Of a stretch of 44,397 nt of DNA, positions 7,891 through 17,429 are shown one piece after another. This stretch comes from a virus (taxonomy: Duplodnaviria > Caudoviricetes): positions 1 through 44,397 of the IMG/VR virus record IMGVR_UViG_3300022895_000146. One strand, written 5' to 3'. Under the pieces are notes generated by a model. It searched no databases. It saw only the letters and a program-made list of their open reading frames with translations, and had not been told where the DNA came from. The first letter of the stretch is position 1. Each line of letters starts with the position of its first letter. A program made the position numbers and the translations under genes.

Positions 7891-8078
7891 AAAAAGTTCT
7901 TGACTTGAGGTTGTCTCCTTTTTTCCAATTTTAAAGTTAAATACACTTCGTTGGATAGGTCAAACTCGTAAATGAAGTTAAATACATCAGAATACATCAG
8001 GATAATAAGCAAGTTAATTCCAAAAATGTCAAAATCCTAATTTCTATAATAAATAGTATTAGAGAAGGAGGTCTCAAA

Positions 8079-8807
8079 ATGAATCAATTATCAAGGAATA
8101 TCCCGAGTACAGAAGTTGCAGAAATGGTCGGGCGTGACCATAACGAAGTCTTGAAAGATGTGAGACGCATTATTGCTCAATTAGGAGAGGGGAATTTACC
8201 CCAGTCCTATTTCATCGAATCTACTTATACAAATAGTCAAAATAAGCAGCAACCTTGCTTCTTGTTAACTAAGAAGGGGTGCGAATTATATGGCACTCGC
8301 ATGACTGGCGAAAAGGGTACACATTTCGCTGTTAAATACATCGAACGCTTCAATGAAATGGAGCAACAGATTGAAAAGCAACTATCACAAGATCCTATTA
8401 CATTAGCGCTTGAATCAGCGTTAAATACACGAAAGCAATTACAGAGCATCCAAATGGAAGTTGTTGAAGTTAAAGAAACTGTACAAAACCTTGTTGTCAC
8501 AATGCGCATTGACGGCAATCAAGAAGCGCAAATAAGTAAGCGTGGCCGAGAAGTTGTGGTAGCTGCTTTAGGTGGCAAAGAATCGAATGCCTACAAAAAA
8601 ATAAGCCGTCAAGTATTTTCAGCTTTTTGGAGAGACTTTAAAAATCATTTTGAAGTCCCTCGATATGGAGAAATTCCAAAAACAAGATTTGCAGAAAGCA
8701 TCAAGTTTATCTCTATGTGGCAACCCTCTACAACACTAAGGATGGAGATTAATGCTTACAATCAACAGGGATTAAAACTTGTTGATGGGGGGTGCCATTT
8801 GAAATGA
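8079..8807 (+). CDS. Rha-family antirepressor with ORF6C-like C-terminus
   Basis: STEVAEMVGRDH..VLKD..YTNSQNKQQPCFLLTKKGC..YIERFNEME, and a C-terminal DFKNHFEVPRY..W.P. Confidence 0.85.
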   Translation: MNQLSRNIPSTEVAEMVGRDHNEVLKDVRRIIAQLGEGNLPQSYFIESTYTNSQNKQQPCFLLTKKGCELYGTRMTGEKGTHFAVKYIERFNEMEQQIEKQLSQDPITLALESALNTRKQLQSIQMEVVEVKETVQNLVVTMRIDGNQEAQISKRGREVVVAALGGKESNAYKKISRQVFSAFWRDFKNHFEVPRYGEIPKTRFAESIKFISMWQPSTTLRMEINAYNQQGLKLVDGGCHLK

Positions 8808-9106
8808 TTATTGATGATAAGGATTTAACTCAAATGGTTTTAGAAACAGCTGGTCTTACAAAAAAAGAATTATTGGAAAGGTATGACCGAATGGCACAAG
8901 AAACACTCAGAGAACGCACAATGTACTGGGATATTGATGATTTAGTTAGAGAAACTCGGTATTGTAAATCAGCTGTAGAAAAGTACATTGTGTGTGATCC
9001 ACGTATTCGAGTACATCAAAGACAAATTGGTCCTCGATATAAGCGAGTTTGGTTAGTAGAACCTACAGCCAAAGTTCTTGACGAAATTCTGAATAAAAAT
9101 AATTAA
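8804..9106 (+). CDS. Small DNA-binding protein, possible excisionase/RDF
   Basis: YWDIDDLVRETRYCKSAVEKYI..DP winged-helix-like pattern, in the usual xis position. ATGA overlap with the antirepressor. Confidence 0.55.
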   Translation: MIIDDKDLTQMVLETAGLTKKELLERYDRMAQETLRERTMYWDIDDLVRETRYCKSAVEKYIVCDPRIRVHQRQIGPRYKRVWLVEPTAKVLDEILNKNN

Positions 9107-9245
9107 AAAAACATCTACCCGGACAGGTATTTATCAGAACGAGATTGGGGCAATCAATCTCTTATCTCAACTATAAAGATAACTTAATAGAGAAACCATG
9201 CGTGGTAAGCATAATATGCACTTTCTGCATAAGGAGGTGATTTCA

Positions 9246-9521
9246 TTGCATGTGAATGTTGGAGAGTTAATCAGAAAGTGCCGCAAGAAAGCAAAATTAT
9301 CACAGGAAGCATTTGCGGAACTTATGCATACTACGCAGTCAACTATCAGTCGCATCGAGCAAAATATCATTGCTTGTGAAGTTAATTTCTTAGCCAGAAC
9401 TGCGGCAATTACAAATTCACAAGACACAGTAGTAGCAGCGTTATTTAGTGCAGATGCAGCTATGCAGTTTTTGCAGACAGTACCAATGTTTATAGGGGGA
9501 GTATTTGTATGGATCATGTAA
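9246..9521 (+). CDS. Xre-family HTH protein
   Basis: LSQEAFAELMHTTQSTISRIE. TTG start after AAGGAGGTGA. Confidence 0.8.
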   Translation: MHVNVGELIRKCRKKAKLSQEAFAELMHTTQSTISRIEQNIIACEVNFLARTAAITNSQDTVVAALFSADAAMQFLQTVPMFIGGVFVWIM

Positions 9522-9775
9522 CAAAGTTGAAGTTAGAAATTGAGCTAAAAAAGGCATGTATTGAGGATTTACAAGTAGCTATAAAATTCCACCAACAACA
9601 GGGAACACATCACCTGGCAGACGAATGTACATGGCGGATAAAAAAAGCACAGCATGCTATTAAGCACCTAGAGGCACAGTTACAGGATAGCCGAAATTTC
9701 GGAAGGTTGCTACAGGACTTAGCTCAACGTGGCATTTTATCAAGGACGGTGAAAAAACTTGAAAATCAAAGTTAG
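9509..9775 (+). CDS. Hypothetical coiled-coil phage protein
   Basis: RBS GGGGAG, overlaps its neighbours. Confidence 0.7.
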   Translation: MDHVTKLKLEIELKKACIEDLQVAIKFHQQQGTHHLADECTWRIKKAQHAIKHLEAQLQDSRNFGRLLQDLAQRGILSRTVKKLENQS

Positions 9776-9914
9776 GGCTTGGCGACATATGACACTTAAA
9801 CAAAAACTAGTATGTGTACATTTCTATTGTAATCAACAAACCATCTTACGAGTTTACAATACACAAACCTTATTAGATCGCTTTTATAATTTTGTCACAA
9901 AAAAAGCTGCTTAA
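9759..9914 (+). CDS. Small hypothetical protein (51 aa, not in ORF track)
   Basis: TTG start, MKIKVRAWRHMTLKQKL..., overlaps the previous gene and is followed by a hairpin. Confidence 0.5.
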   Translation: MKIKVRAWRHMTLKQKLVCVHFYCNQQTILRVYNTQTLLDRFYNFVTKKAA

Positions 9915-10105
9915 TCGGTTGCAACGATTAAACAGCTGACCATATACACAAATCCATTTTATCACATTCTTTATTTCTCGGGAAATGGTAAATCAAATTA
10001 AAAAACCACTGCACTAACAGTGGTCTGAAAAAATTATTTGCAAAAATAGTTACTTTGTATTTTACGCCCTAGACCTCAAAAAATCAACTAGCTAGGAGGA
10101 AGAAT

Positions 10106-10825
10106 ATGCTTTTTTCCGAAAGTAATGTAAACATTTCAGCAGCATTGGCGAAAGCATGGGCTACTATTCAGACGCCTAAACACAACGCAAAAGTGAATGT
10201 ACGCACTAAAAATGGTGGTTCATATACGTTTGAATACACTGATCTTAATGGTATTTTGGATGCCGTCAGACCTATATTTGTTCAAAATCATTTATCGATT
10301 ATTCAGAACAGCTATACAACAGTTGAAGGCAATTTAACAATGGCTTGTGTAGAAACCATATTCCTGCATGAATCAGGAGAGTATGTGAAATCTTATCCAC
10401 TTAAATTCCCAGCAGCCACAAGTATGCAGGATTTCGGTGGTCAGATTACTTACATGAAGCGCTATAGTTTGTCGGCTATGTTAGGGCTCGCTACAGAGAA
10501 GGATGATGATGCCAATGGTGCGAGTGGAAACGAGTATCAATATATGAATCAACCACCTCCAAAACAGACAAATAATAGTGGACAATCACAACAACAAAAG
10601 AATCAGCCAAACAACACTGGTCTAAGGACTCAAGAACAGTTTAATACAATAGCAAACTTGTTGAGTGAAGTTGCTGCAGTTTATGACTCAGATCCTAATA
10701 CGGTTTATAACGGAGCCATGCAAAAATGTGAAATTCCTGATAAGAATTCGGATATTTTAACAACAAAAGAAGCGGATAGCCTAATTCAATATTTACGTGC
10801 TATCAAAATGCAAGTATCGCAATGA
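10106..10825 (+). CDS. ERF-family single-strand annealing protein
   Basis: Y.DL..I..AV.P..L, Q..G..ITY.KRYSLSAMLGLA.E.DDD motif. Confidence 0.9.
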   Translation: MLFSESNVNISAALAKAWATIQTPKHNAKVNVRTKNGGSYTFEYTDLNGILDAVRPIFVQNHLSIIQNSYTTVEGNLTMACVETIFLHESGEYVKSYPLKFPAATSMQDFGGQITYMKRYSLSAMLGLATEKDDDANGASGNEYQYMNQPPPKQTNNSGQSQQQKNQPNNTGLRTQEQFNTIANLLSEVAAVYDSDPNTVYNGAMQKCEIPDKNSDILTTKEADSLIQYLRAIKMQVSQ

Positions 10826-10998
10826 ATTATGTACCGCATAGAGTGTTATTGCCTCAATGGATTTTTGACGAGGCAAAAGGAAATAAAGCTGAAATAAGGC
10901 GTCTGGTGCTCACATACATGCAACGCTACCCAAATTACAGAACTACTGAAATACGTGGTAGTTTCGCAATCTGTGAGCGCAAAGACGGCTTTTTATAG
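10822..10998 (+). CDS. Small hypothetical protein (58 aa, not in ORF track)
   Basis: ATGA overlap with ERF. MNYVPHRVLLPQWIF...YMQRYPNY...AICER. Confidence 0.6.
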   Translation: MNYVPHRVLLPQWIFDEAKGNKAEIRRLVLTYMQRYPNYRTTEIRGSFAICERKDGFL

Positions 10999-11011
10999 GA
11001 GGGCAAACCAA

Positions 11012-12073
11012 ATGTTTACAACAGGTAATTCAACAGTAGATGCAATTGGGAATATGCATTTGGAAGGGAATGTGATACCACATACCTGGTATGAAAATAT
11101 TCGCTTGGAAAGTACAGGAAAACCCGATTTAATTGCCATTACCTTACTAAGTGAAATTGTGTATTGGTACCGTCCTTCCTATGTGAAAGAAGAAGAGTCA
11201 GGACGATTGATAGGCATGAATAAGAAATTCAAAGCTGATGCTTTACAACGTTCCTATGACAGTTTTGTAGCCCAATTTGGCTTTAGTAAAAAACAAGTCA
11301 GAGAAGCAATGGATCGCTTAGAACAATTAGGCTTAATTATTCGAGATTTTCGTACTATCTCAAAAAATGGAACTAGCTTATCTAACGTATTATTTATCAG
11401 TTTAAATGTAGGACTTTTAGAAGGTATTACCTTTATGGGCAATAGGGTGTTACCCAAAAAGGAAACAGGGTCTTTCCCACATGGTAAGGAGGGTGTTACC
11501 GGTATGGGCAATAGGGTATTGCCCGTAAGGGAAACACCTATTACCGCTGAGGGTAATACGTATACAGAGATTACTACAGAGATTACAAATACAGAGATTA
11601 CTAAAAAGAAAAGCGGAAGTCGCAAACGGGTTTACGACGAATCCTCCATCCATTATCAATTGGCTTATATGCTCTATGAAAAAATTTTACAAGACGACCC
11701 TAGTTTTAAATTGCCGAACATGGATAGTTGGTCAGATCACATACGGTTGATGATGGAAAGAGATAAGCGTAATGAAAAACAAATCGAGTATTTAATCAAC
11801 TGGTCTCAAAATAATTCATTTTGGAAATCCAATATTCTATCTACAAAAAAATTACGTGAAAAAGCAACAACCCTTATTCGGCAAATAAAAGCTGAGCATA
11901 CTCCCTCGTCGATTCAGCGTCGACAAGGAAATGGACGCACAGAAATCGTACCTGAATGGTTCCATAAACGTAACGAGGAGAATCCAGCACCTGTACCTGT
12001 AGAAGTAGGGCAAGAAATGGACTTTGAAGCAGAGCGACAGAAAATACTAGCCATGCTAGGAAAGGCGGAATGA
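11012..12073 (+). CDS. Phage replication initiator protein
   Basis: N-terminal winged helix (LLSEIVYWY..KKQVREAMDRL), central repeat-rich linker, C-terminal W..NILS.KKLREK. Start adjusted to ATG 11012 after AGGAGGG. Confidence 0.85.
   Translation: MFTTGNSTVDAIGNMHLEGNVIPHTWYENIRLESTGKPDLIAITLLSEIVYWYRPSYVKEEESGRLIGMNKKFKADALQRSYDSFVAQFGFSKKQVREAMDRLEQLGLIIRDFRTISKNGTSLSNVLFISLNVGLLEGITFMGNRVLPKKETGSFPHGKEGVTGMGNRVLPVRETPITAEGNTYTEITTEITNTEITKKKSGSRKRVYDESSIHYQLAYMLYEKILQDDPSFKLPNMDSWSDHIRLMMERDKRNEKQIEYLINWSQNNSFWKSNILSTKKLREKATTLIRQIKAEHTPSSIQRRQGNGRTEIVPEWFHKRNEENPAPVPVEVGQEMDFEAERQKILAMLGKAE
11421..11601. repeat. Iteron-like repeats, probable phage replication origin
   Basis: TATGGGCAATAGGGT at 11434 and 11503, related GGGTGTTACC units, and TACAGAGATTAC x3 (11563, 11575, 11590), all inside the initiator gene. 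Confidence 0.65.
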
Positions 12074-12198
12074 ATATGAGCAGACATCAAAAAATCCGCA
12101 ATTATTTAATAAAAACGTTACAAAATAAAGGTCGATCGGTGGACAAGCATACTGACAGGGCTTTGTTAAAAGCAATAACTAAAAGGGGGGATGAGTAG
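12070..12198 (+). CDS. Small hypothetical protein (42 aa)
   Basis: Start and stop overlap both neighbours. Confidence 0.45.
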   Translation: MNMSRHQKIRNYLIKTLQNKGRSVDKHTDRALLKAITKRGDE

Positions 12199-12374
12199 TG
12201 GCTCCGGTTAAATCCGTACCATTCCGTATCATTACAAAACCTCGAACAGTTCAAGTGGGTGAAAAAATCGATTTTGAGGAAAGCTCAGCACGTATTACAA
12301 CTATCAAAAAAATTGAGTTTTTACCTGGTGATTTTATTGCAGTAATTGGTTTATGTAGGGAGGTTAGAGTGTGA
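12198..12374 (+). CDS. Small hypothetical protein (58 aa)
   Basis: GTG start after a G-rich RBS. MAPVKSVPFRIITKPR...; GTGA overlap with the next gene. Confidence 0.55.
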   Translation: MAPVKSVPFRIITKPRTVQVGEKIDFEESSARITTIKKIEFLPGDFIAVIGLCREVRV

Positions 12375-12568
12375 TTACCAATGAGCAAGTAGCAGATAGC
12401 ATCAACAAACTCATAAGTGAGTATGAGTTCCCGCTTCCAGTCCTACAAGACGTACAAAAGCGATTAAGTGACAGCGATTGCCCACACTATGCTTTGCAAC
12501 AACTTAGATACTTAGAAAATAACGTACATGCTGGCATTGCTGTCAAAAGAGGCGGTGGTACTAAATGA
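12371..12568 (+). CDS. Hypothetical phage protein
   Basis: RBS GGGAGG, coupled operon. Confidence 0.7.
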   Translation: MITNEQVADSINKLISEYEFPLPVLQDVQKRLSDSDCPHYALQQLRYLENNVHAGIAVKRGGGTK

Positions 12569-12804
12569 GACGGAGAAATGGCATCTTAATTGCTATTCCT
12601 GGTACACATAAACAGCAAACAAATTTAGTCACTAAAAAGCCAACTGAATATGGTCAATACAATGTGTTTGTAACGATGTTCAAACGTGAAGGTGGTCATA
12701 ATGTATGGACGATGGTACCGAAGGCACATCCGGACTTTAAAAAGCTGATACAGGCTGGTTACAAGGTGACTGAAACTTGGGATAAGAGAGGGGAAGTTAA
12801 ATGA
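12565..12804 (+). CDS. Hypothetical phage protein
   Basis: ATGA overlaps on both sides. Confidence 0.7.
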   Translation: MRRRNGILIAIPGTHKQQTNLVTKKPTEYGQYNVFVTMFKREGGHNVWTMVPKAHPDFKKLIQAGYKVTETWDKRGEVK

Positions 12805-13421
12805 TTAATCGTACTGTTTTAGTTGGTCGGCTTACTAAAGACCCTGAACTACGCTACACACCAAACGGAATTGCTTCATGCCGCTTCACAGTTGCAGTAA
12901 ATCGCACATTTGCAAATGAACATGGAGAACGCGATGCAGATTTTATTAGCTGTGTAGCATGGCGTAAACAGGCTGAAAATCTAGCAAACTATCAACGTAA
13001 AGGCGCATTGATTGGTGTAGAGGGACGTATCCAAACAGGAAGCTATGAGGGGCAAAATGGTCAAAGGGTGTATACCACTGACGTTGTAGCGGATAGCATC
13101 CAGTTTTTAGAACCACGTAGTAATACCGGTGGAGCTCAGAGCAATCAGCCATATTATCAAAATCAACCGAATGCACATCAGCCACAGCAACAGCAGCCTC
13201 AATATGGTGAACAGGCTTATGGTAATAATCAGCCAACCTTTGGTGGTGGTCAACCACAATACGGAGGTGCAACGTCTGGGCAAGGTTCATTTGGCAACGG
13301 TGGTACTTATCAGCAAAATCAGCCTCCTATGAATCAGCCGAATTACACGCGAGTAGATGAAGATCCATTTGCCAACAGTAGAGGACCAATTGAGGTATCT
13401 GAGGATGATTTACCATTCTGA
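12801..13421 (+). CDS. ssb: Single-stranded DNA-binding protein
   Basis: [20 protein letters not shown]..., Q/G-rich linker, C-terminal DDLPF. Confidence 0.97.
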   Translation: MINRTVLVGRLTKDPELRYTPNGIASCRFTVAVNRTFANEHGERDADFISCVAWRKQAENLANYQRKGALIGVEGRIQTGSYEGQNGQRVYTTDVVADSIQFLEPRSNTGGAQSNQPYYQNQPNAHQPQQQQPQYGEQAYGNNQPTFGGGQPQYGGATSGQGSFGNGGTYQQNQPPMNQPNYTRVDEDPFANSRGPIEVSEDDLPF

Positions 13422-13443
13422 CGAGTGATAAAGGGGAAGGATT

Positions 13444-13632
13444 ATGAATCGCTGTAAAAGATGTAACAGACCTTTAAAAAGTGGTGAATCCATAGTACGA
13501 CAATATGGGTTCACTTGCTGGCAACGGCATTTGGATGATTTGGAAGAGGAGTTTTTGAAAAATCAGCTCACCATATATGACCTGTTAGAAGCGGAAAATC
13601 AAGAAGAAATGAGGACACAGGATGTTTTATAA
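13444..13632 (+). CDS. Small Zn-binding protein (DUF6011-like)
   Basis: C..C.RPL...S...YG..C pattern. Confidence 0.7.
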   Translation: MNRCKRCNRPLKSGESIVRQYGFTCWQRHLDDLEEEFLKNQLTIYDLLEAENQEEMRTQDVL

Positions 13633-14167
13633 TCAATCAACTAAACAGCGTGCGAAATCAGTAACACATGCTAACCGTGGCAAATTTTTAGAGCGTGTCA
13701 TTGATATGGCTAATGAAAAATACCGCAATGCAGGGTTAGCCGATATTCGCAAAATACCCACACCTATACAGGTGACAAAGGATAAAGGCCAAACAGTTGA
13801 GGGACGAAAGGAAAAGCCGGAATGGGTGGACTATGCAGGTGTATGTAATGGGCGAGCCGTAGTATTTGACGCAAAGGAAACGAAAGGCAAAAGTTTTCCG
13901 CTTCAAAATTTACATGAGCATCAATATGAACTGCTCCGCTCCTGGTACGAGAAGGGGGCTATATCCTTCTTACTCGTTTATTTCAAAGAGCTGGACAAAT
14001 ACTATCGCTTGCCATTCCCCCCACTTCAAGCAGCTTGGTTAGGAGCAAAAAGAGGGGAACGAAAATCAATTCCACTTGTTACGTTTGAAGAAAGCGCAAG
14101 TGAAGTCAAATCCTTGGATGGGTATACATTGCATTATTTATTGCCATTTATTGAAAGTAGGTGGTGA
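13622..14167 (+). CDS. recU: RecU-family Holliday junction resolvase
   Basis: ANRG..LE, K.PTP, VDY.G..G..V.FDAKET, HQ motifs. Confidence 0.92.
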   Translation: MFYNQSTKQRAKSVTHANRGKFLERVIDMANEKYRNAGLADIRKIPTPIQVTKDKGQTVEGRKEKPEWVDYAGVCNGRAVVFDAKETKGKSFPLQNLHEHQYELLRSWYEKGAISFLLVYFKELDKYYRLPFPPLQAAWLGAKRGERKSIPLVTFEESASEVKSLDGYTLHYLLPFIESRW

Positions 14168-14168
14168 A

Positions 14169-14675
14169 ATGCTTCGAGGAAAATGCATTGATGCAGGTGC
14201 ATGTACCAATTTAAAAGTGGGAGAGGAATATTACCTTTTCCCACATGGTGGATTGGCTTATAACGTAAGCAGATTTCCTCACAGTGGCTCTCACTTTGGC
14301 ACCTACCAAAAAAGCCGCTTTGACTTAGTAGAGGCTGCTAGGGAAGTACCAGTACAAATACCAAGCAAATACCTAGCCCGTGTCGTTAAGCAGCCCTCGC
14401 ATTTTTACAGGATTGGCGAAGAATATATCATCACAGATTCGAAAGCAAACGGCTATTACAGTGTCTTTTTAACAAGTCGTCCGAATCATGGTCCAGTTGG
14501 TTCTTATAAATCGAATTATTTTGAAATTATTGAGCCTTACGAAGTAACAGAAGCGGATGTGGTGAACAATATGCTGAAAATGGTGCAAAAAAAGGTGAAA
14601 ACGGTGAACGATATGCCTGAAATGGTGAACGCACCTGTCAAAAAACAAAAATATGAGCAGATGAGCTTATTTTGA
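14169..14675 (+). CDS. Hypothetical phage protein
   Basis: Start adjusted to ATG 14169 after AGGTGG. Ends EQMSLF. Confidence 0.7.
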   Translation: MLRGKCIDAGACTNLKVGEEYYLFPHGGLAYNVSRFPHSGSHFGTYQKSRFDLVEAAREVPVQIPSKYLARVVKQPSHFYRIGEEYIITDSKANGYYSVFLTSRPNHGPVGSYKSNYFEIIEPYEVTEADVVNNMLKMVQKKVKTVNDMPEMVNAPVKKQKYEQMSLF

Positions 14676-14728
14676 GAAAACGAACACTAGAAAGATATTG
14701 TTCAGCAAAATAAAGATCTTATTGAGGG

Positions 14729-14920
14729 GTGATCAATATGTCAAAAGAGCAATTTTTAGTCGAGTTATCAGGACAAACACCAGAAGAATTAAATTTTAAT
14801 TATGATATAAAAACACTCAAAGCAGCAGCACGTTTGTTCAAAATTCAGGGGCGATCTTATATGAATAAAATCAAACTTTGTTTGAATATTGAGGAATATT
14901 TAAACGATTTAGGAGCGTGA
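14729..14920 (+). CDS. Small protein with Rho-N/HeH-like motif
   Basis: TLKAAARLFKIQGRSYMNK..L resembles the L+..A+..+I.G.S.M.K..L Rho N-terminal motif. Confidence 0.55.
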   Translation: MINMSKEQFLVELSGQTPEELNFNYDIKTLKAAARLFKIQGRSYMNKIKLCLNIEEYLNDLGA

Positions 14921-14924
14921 TTCC

Positions 14925-15245
14925 ATGAAAGAATTGATTCACGAATTGTTCGTTAAAGGAGTTCCAACACATAAGATAGCTTCGGAAGTGGGTATTAAAC
15001 ACAATGCTTTGAAAATGAGGATTTCAAGATACAGAAAAGCCGATCCTCGAAATTGGAAGTATAGGAATGACTATCCTCAAAGAACAATAGCTTCAAAAAT
15101 GAAAGTATACGAATGTGAAGATTGCTGTTTAACGTTTGCTATTGAAACAGCTTTTAAAGATCATGCTGATGCATGTTGTCCAATTTGCTGGTCTAATGAC
15201 CAAATGCGTTTTGTCGGAGATAGTCAAATTAATATAAAAATTTAA
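14925..15245 (+). CDS. HTH plus Zn-ribbon protein
   Basis: KIASEVGIKHNALKMRI and YECEDC..CCPIC. Confidence 0.7.
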   Translation: MKELIHELFVKGVPTHKIASEVGIKHNALKMRISRYRKADPRNWKYRNDYPQRTIASKMKVYECEDCCLTFAIETAFKDHADACCPICWSNDQMRFVGDSQINIKI

Positions 15246-15652
15246 TACTACACAATATGAGTATTAAACGATATATCTTAAGGGGCCAGAGCAACCGTTA
15301 CTACAGCTGAGCCGCACATAGCGGCTAATTGTCCAACAACAAGTACTAAACATTCATACAAAAAGTTATTTTTCATATTAACCACCACCTGATTCTTTTT
15401 TGCTACTAAAAGCAACTGTAATGCCATTAATAATATAAGTAAGGCTACTAATTCTGGTCTTTGACCGGCTGATCCCTTAAAACATATTTAATCGCATTAT
15501 ATACGCAACGTTGAACACTTTACCATTATTTACCCTTTTTATTTTAAAAAGCCGCAGCATTTGGAGACGCTACAGCTCAAATTGGTTTATGCCCTTTTAT
15601 GGCTAGTCAGATAAGTAATTATAACACATAGGTGACATAGGAGGGCAAAACT

Positions 15653-16090
15653 ATGTTAAAAGGGAAAACAACAGTTACTAAAGAAAATTTGTTACAGTGG
15701 ATTGTGGACTATAGCTGGATAATTGAATCGATAGAAGAAGCAAGGCAGCCAGTAGCAAAAATCGATAACAGCAGTTATATTGGGGCAAAAACTGCTATGT
15801 ATGGTATTGAGGCAACATTGCCAAAGGCTATTGGTGGATCTAGTGATCCAGTGTTTACAGAAGTACAACGTCGTGTATATTCTCTAAATTATCGAATTAA
15901 GGAATATGAGCAAAAGATTGCAGAGGTGCAAAAACGCATTCCTTACGTGGTAGGTGATAGAGAGGTTGAAGTACTTCATAGGCTCCTTAATGGGAATAGT
16001 ATGAGAGCAATTGGTAAACATATGAAACTTTCCAGTACAACGATATTTAGGGTGAGAAATAATATTTTGAATCAGATGTTAGGGCTATAG
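15653..16090 (+). CDS. Late transcription activator (ArpU/RinA-like)
   Basis: C-terminal HTH (SMRAIGKHMKLSSTTIFR), last early gene before the packaging region. Confidence 0.7.
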   Translation: MLKGKTTVTKENLLQWIVDYSWIIESIEEARQPVAKIDNSSYIGAKTAMYGIEATLPKAIGGSSDPVFTEVQRRVYSLNYRIKEYEQKIAEVQKRIPYVVGDREVEVLHRLLNGNSMRAIGKHMKLSSTTIFRVRNNILNQMLGL

Positions 16091-16117
16091 AGTGGGTATA
16101 ACTAAATAACAACTAGA

Positions 16118-16163
16118 AAAGCTTGGAGAACCTTATTTAATAGGGTTTATTCCGAGTTTTTTT
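16118..16163 (+). terminator. Intrinsic terminator after the activator
   Basis: Imperfect stem GCTTGGA..AACCTTATT/AATAGGGTT..TCCGAGT followed by a T run. Confidence 0.55.
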
Positions 16164-16288
16164 GTTTAGTGATACCAAATATTGTACTTATAAGGGAAAA
16201 AGAATACATTTGAAGTTTAATTAACGATAATTATTGCAATAGTTTATAATAATTTGTAGTTGAATTTTATGTATAAAGGAGAGAAATT

Positions 16289-17227
16289 ATGGGTGTTTAT
16301 GTTGAATTGACAAATCCAGTTCATGGCGGAGAGGGTTGGGAATTGGGCGAAGTGCTATGGAGTCCTAATAAGAGTAGTTGGAATATAATGAAGAACCCTA
16401 AACCAGGTGATTATATAATTCATTCAGTTAAAGGTTCTAAAGAAGGTAAGAATCATAGATTTTGGGGTATTTCAGTTGTAAGAAAGTCATATTCTATTAC
16501 AAATGTTGCTCCACCTATACCAAGTACTTGGTCAGGTCATGATGAATATTATCGGATACCTCTAAGTGGTTTTATTGAATTTGAAGAGAAAAAACCTATT
16601 GAGGATTTTTTAAGTGATTATTACGATAGAATTGCGGTTTTGGGTAAACAGAAGTCTTTTTATACAGAAAATACTACTGTATATAAAACTGCACAAAAAT
16701 ATTTAGCCCATGTGAGTGATGAGTTATTTGAGATATTAAAAGATTTTTTAAATCTCCCTCTTTATTTAGATAATTTAGAAGAAAATGAATCAAGTAGAAT
16801 TGGAGACGAGGAGACCAGTAGTACTCGGGACGAATACGGACAACCTTCACGTGTATCATCTACGGTTAATAGAATAATTAGAGATACCAAAATTGTGAAA
16901 GAACTAAAGAGTGAGTATGACCATGAATGTCAAATATGTGGTAAACAAATAAAATTACCTTCAGGAAAAAAATATTCAGAAGGGCACCATTTAAAGAAAT
17001 TAGGTGGAATTCATCAAGGCCCAGATGTTAAGAGTAATATTATTATTTTATGTCCCAACCATCATACTGAATTTGATTATGGGATTATTGCTATTAGTCC
17101 TGATTCGGGATTAATTGTTCATATTGATGAAAAGAATGAGTTTAATGGAAGAGCATTGGCTTATAATAGAGCAGATTTGAACCCAAATTATCTTAAGTAT
17201 CATTACATAGAAATTTTTAATAAATAA
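16289..17227 (+). CDS. HNH endonuclease with N-terminal EVE/PUA-like domain (putative modification-dependent restriction enzyme)
   Basis: C-terminal R...IV..LK..Y...CQICG..EGHH..N.I.LCPNHH..FD.G. N-terminal W.P..W.IM..PKPGD.IIH..FWG.S.V. AT-rich moron. Confidence 0.75.
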   Translation: MGVYVELTNPVHGGEGWELGEVLWSPNKSSWNIMKNPKPGDYIIHSVKGSKEGKNHRFWGISVVRKSYSITNVAPPIPSTWSGHDEYYRIPLSGFIEFEEKKPIEDFLSDYYDRIAVLGKQKSFYTENTTVYKTAQKYLAHVSDELFEILKDFLNLPLYLDNLEENESSRIGDEETSSTRDEYGQPSRVSSTVNRIIRDTKIVKELKSEYDHECQICGKQIKLPSGKKYSEGHHLKKLGGIHQGPDVKSNIIILCPNHHTEFDYGIIAISPDSGLIVHIDEKNEFNGRALAYNRADLNPNYLKYHYIEIFNK

Positions 17228-17259
17228 ATTAGAGTATAATGCAATAATAAAGGGAATTA

Positions 17260-17325
17260 TGTAACAAAAGGAACAAATGTAAAACATGTAGCATGTTTTG
17301 TGATAGAAAAAATATGATGTAAACT
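17260..17325 (+). promoter_or_regulatory. Putative late promoter with activator-binding repeats
   Basis: Four 9-bp-period imperfect repeats (TGTAACAAA AGGAACAAA TGTAAAACA TGTAGCATG), then TG-TAAACT as an extended -10 with no good -35. Confidence 0.5.
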
Positions 17326-17429
17326 TGGAGGTAGGCCACTGCCGTAAAAAGTTTCCTCCCTTGGTATTTTTCGTGTCGCTCTACCACGAGTTGTAAATGA
17401 GCTCTCGACAAAGAATTTGTCACAATATC

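Noticed and set aside
460-9200. Arbitrium (aimR/aimP) or Rap-Phr system; tRNA genes
   Set aside because: No TPR receptor with an adjacent secreted peptide, and no cloverleaf with T-loop consensus noticed.
13120-13340. Q/G/N-rich repeats
   Set aside because: Ordinary disordered SSB linker.
14561-14630. 42-bp imperfect tandem repeat in a coding region
   Set aside because: Low-complexity linker; no further support for a function.
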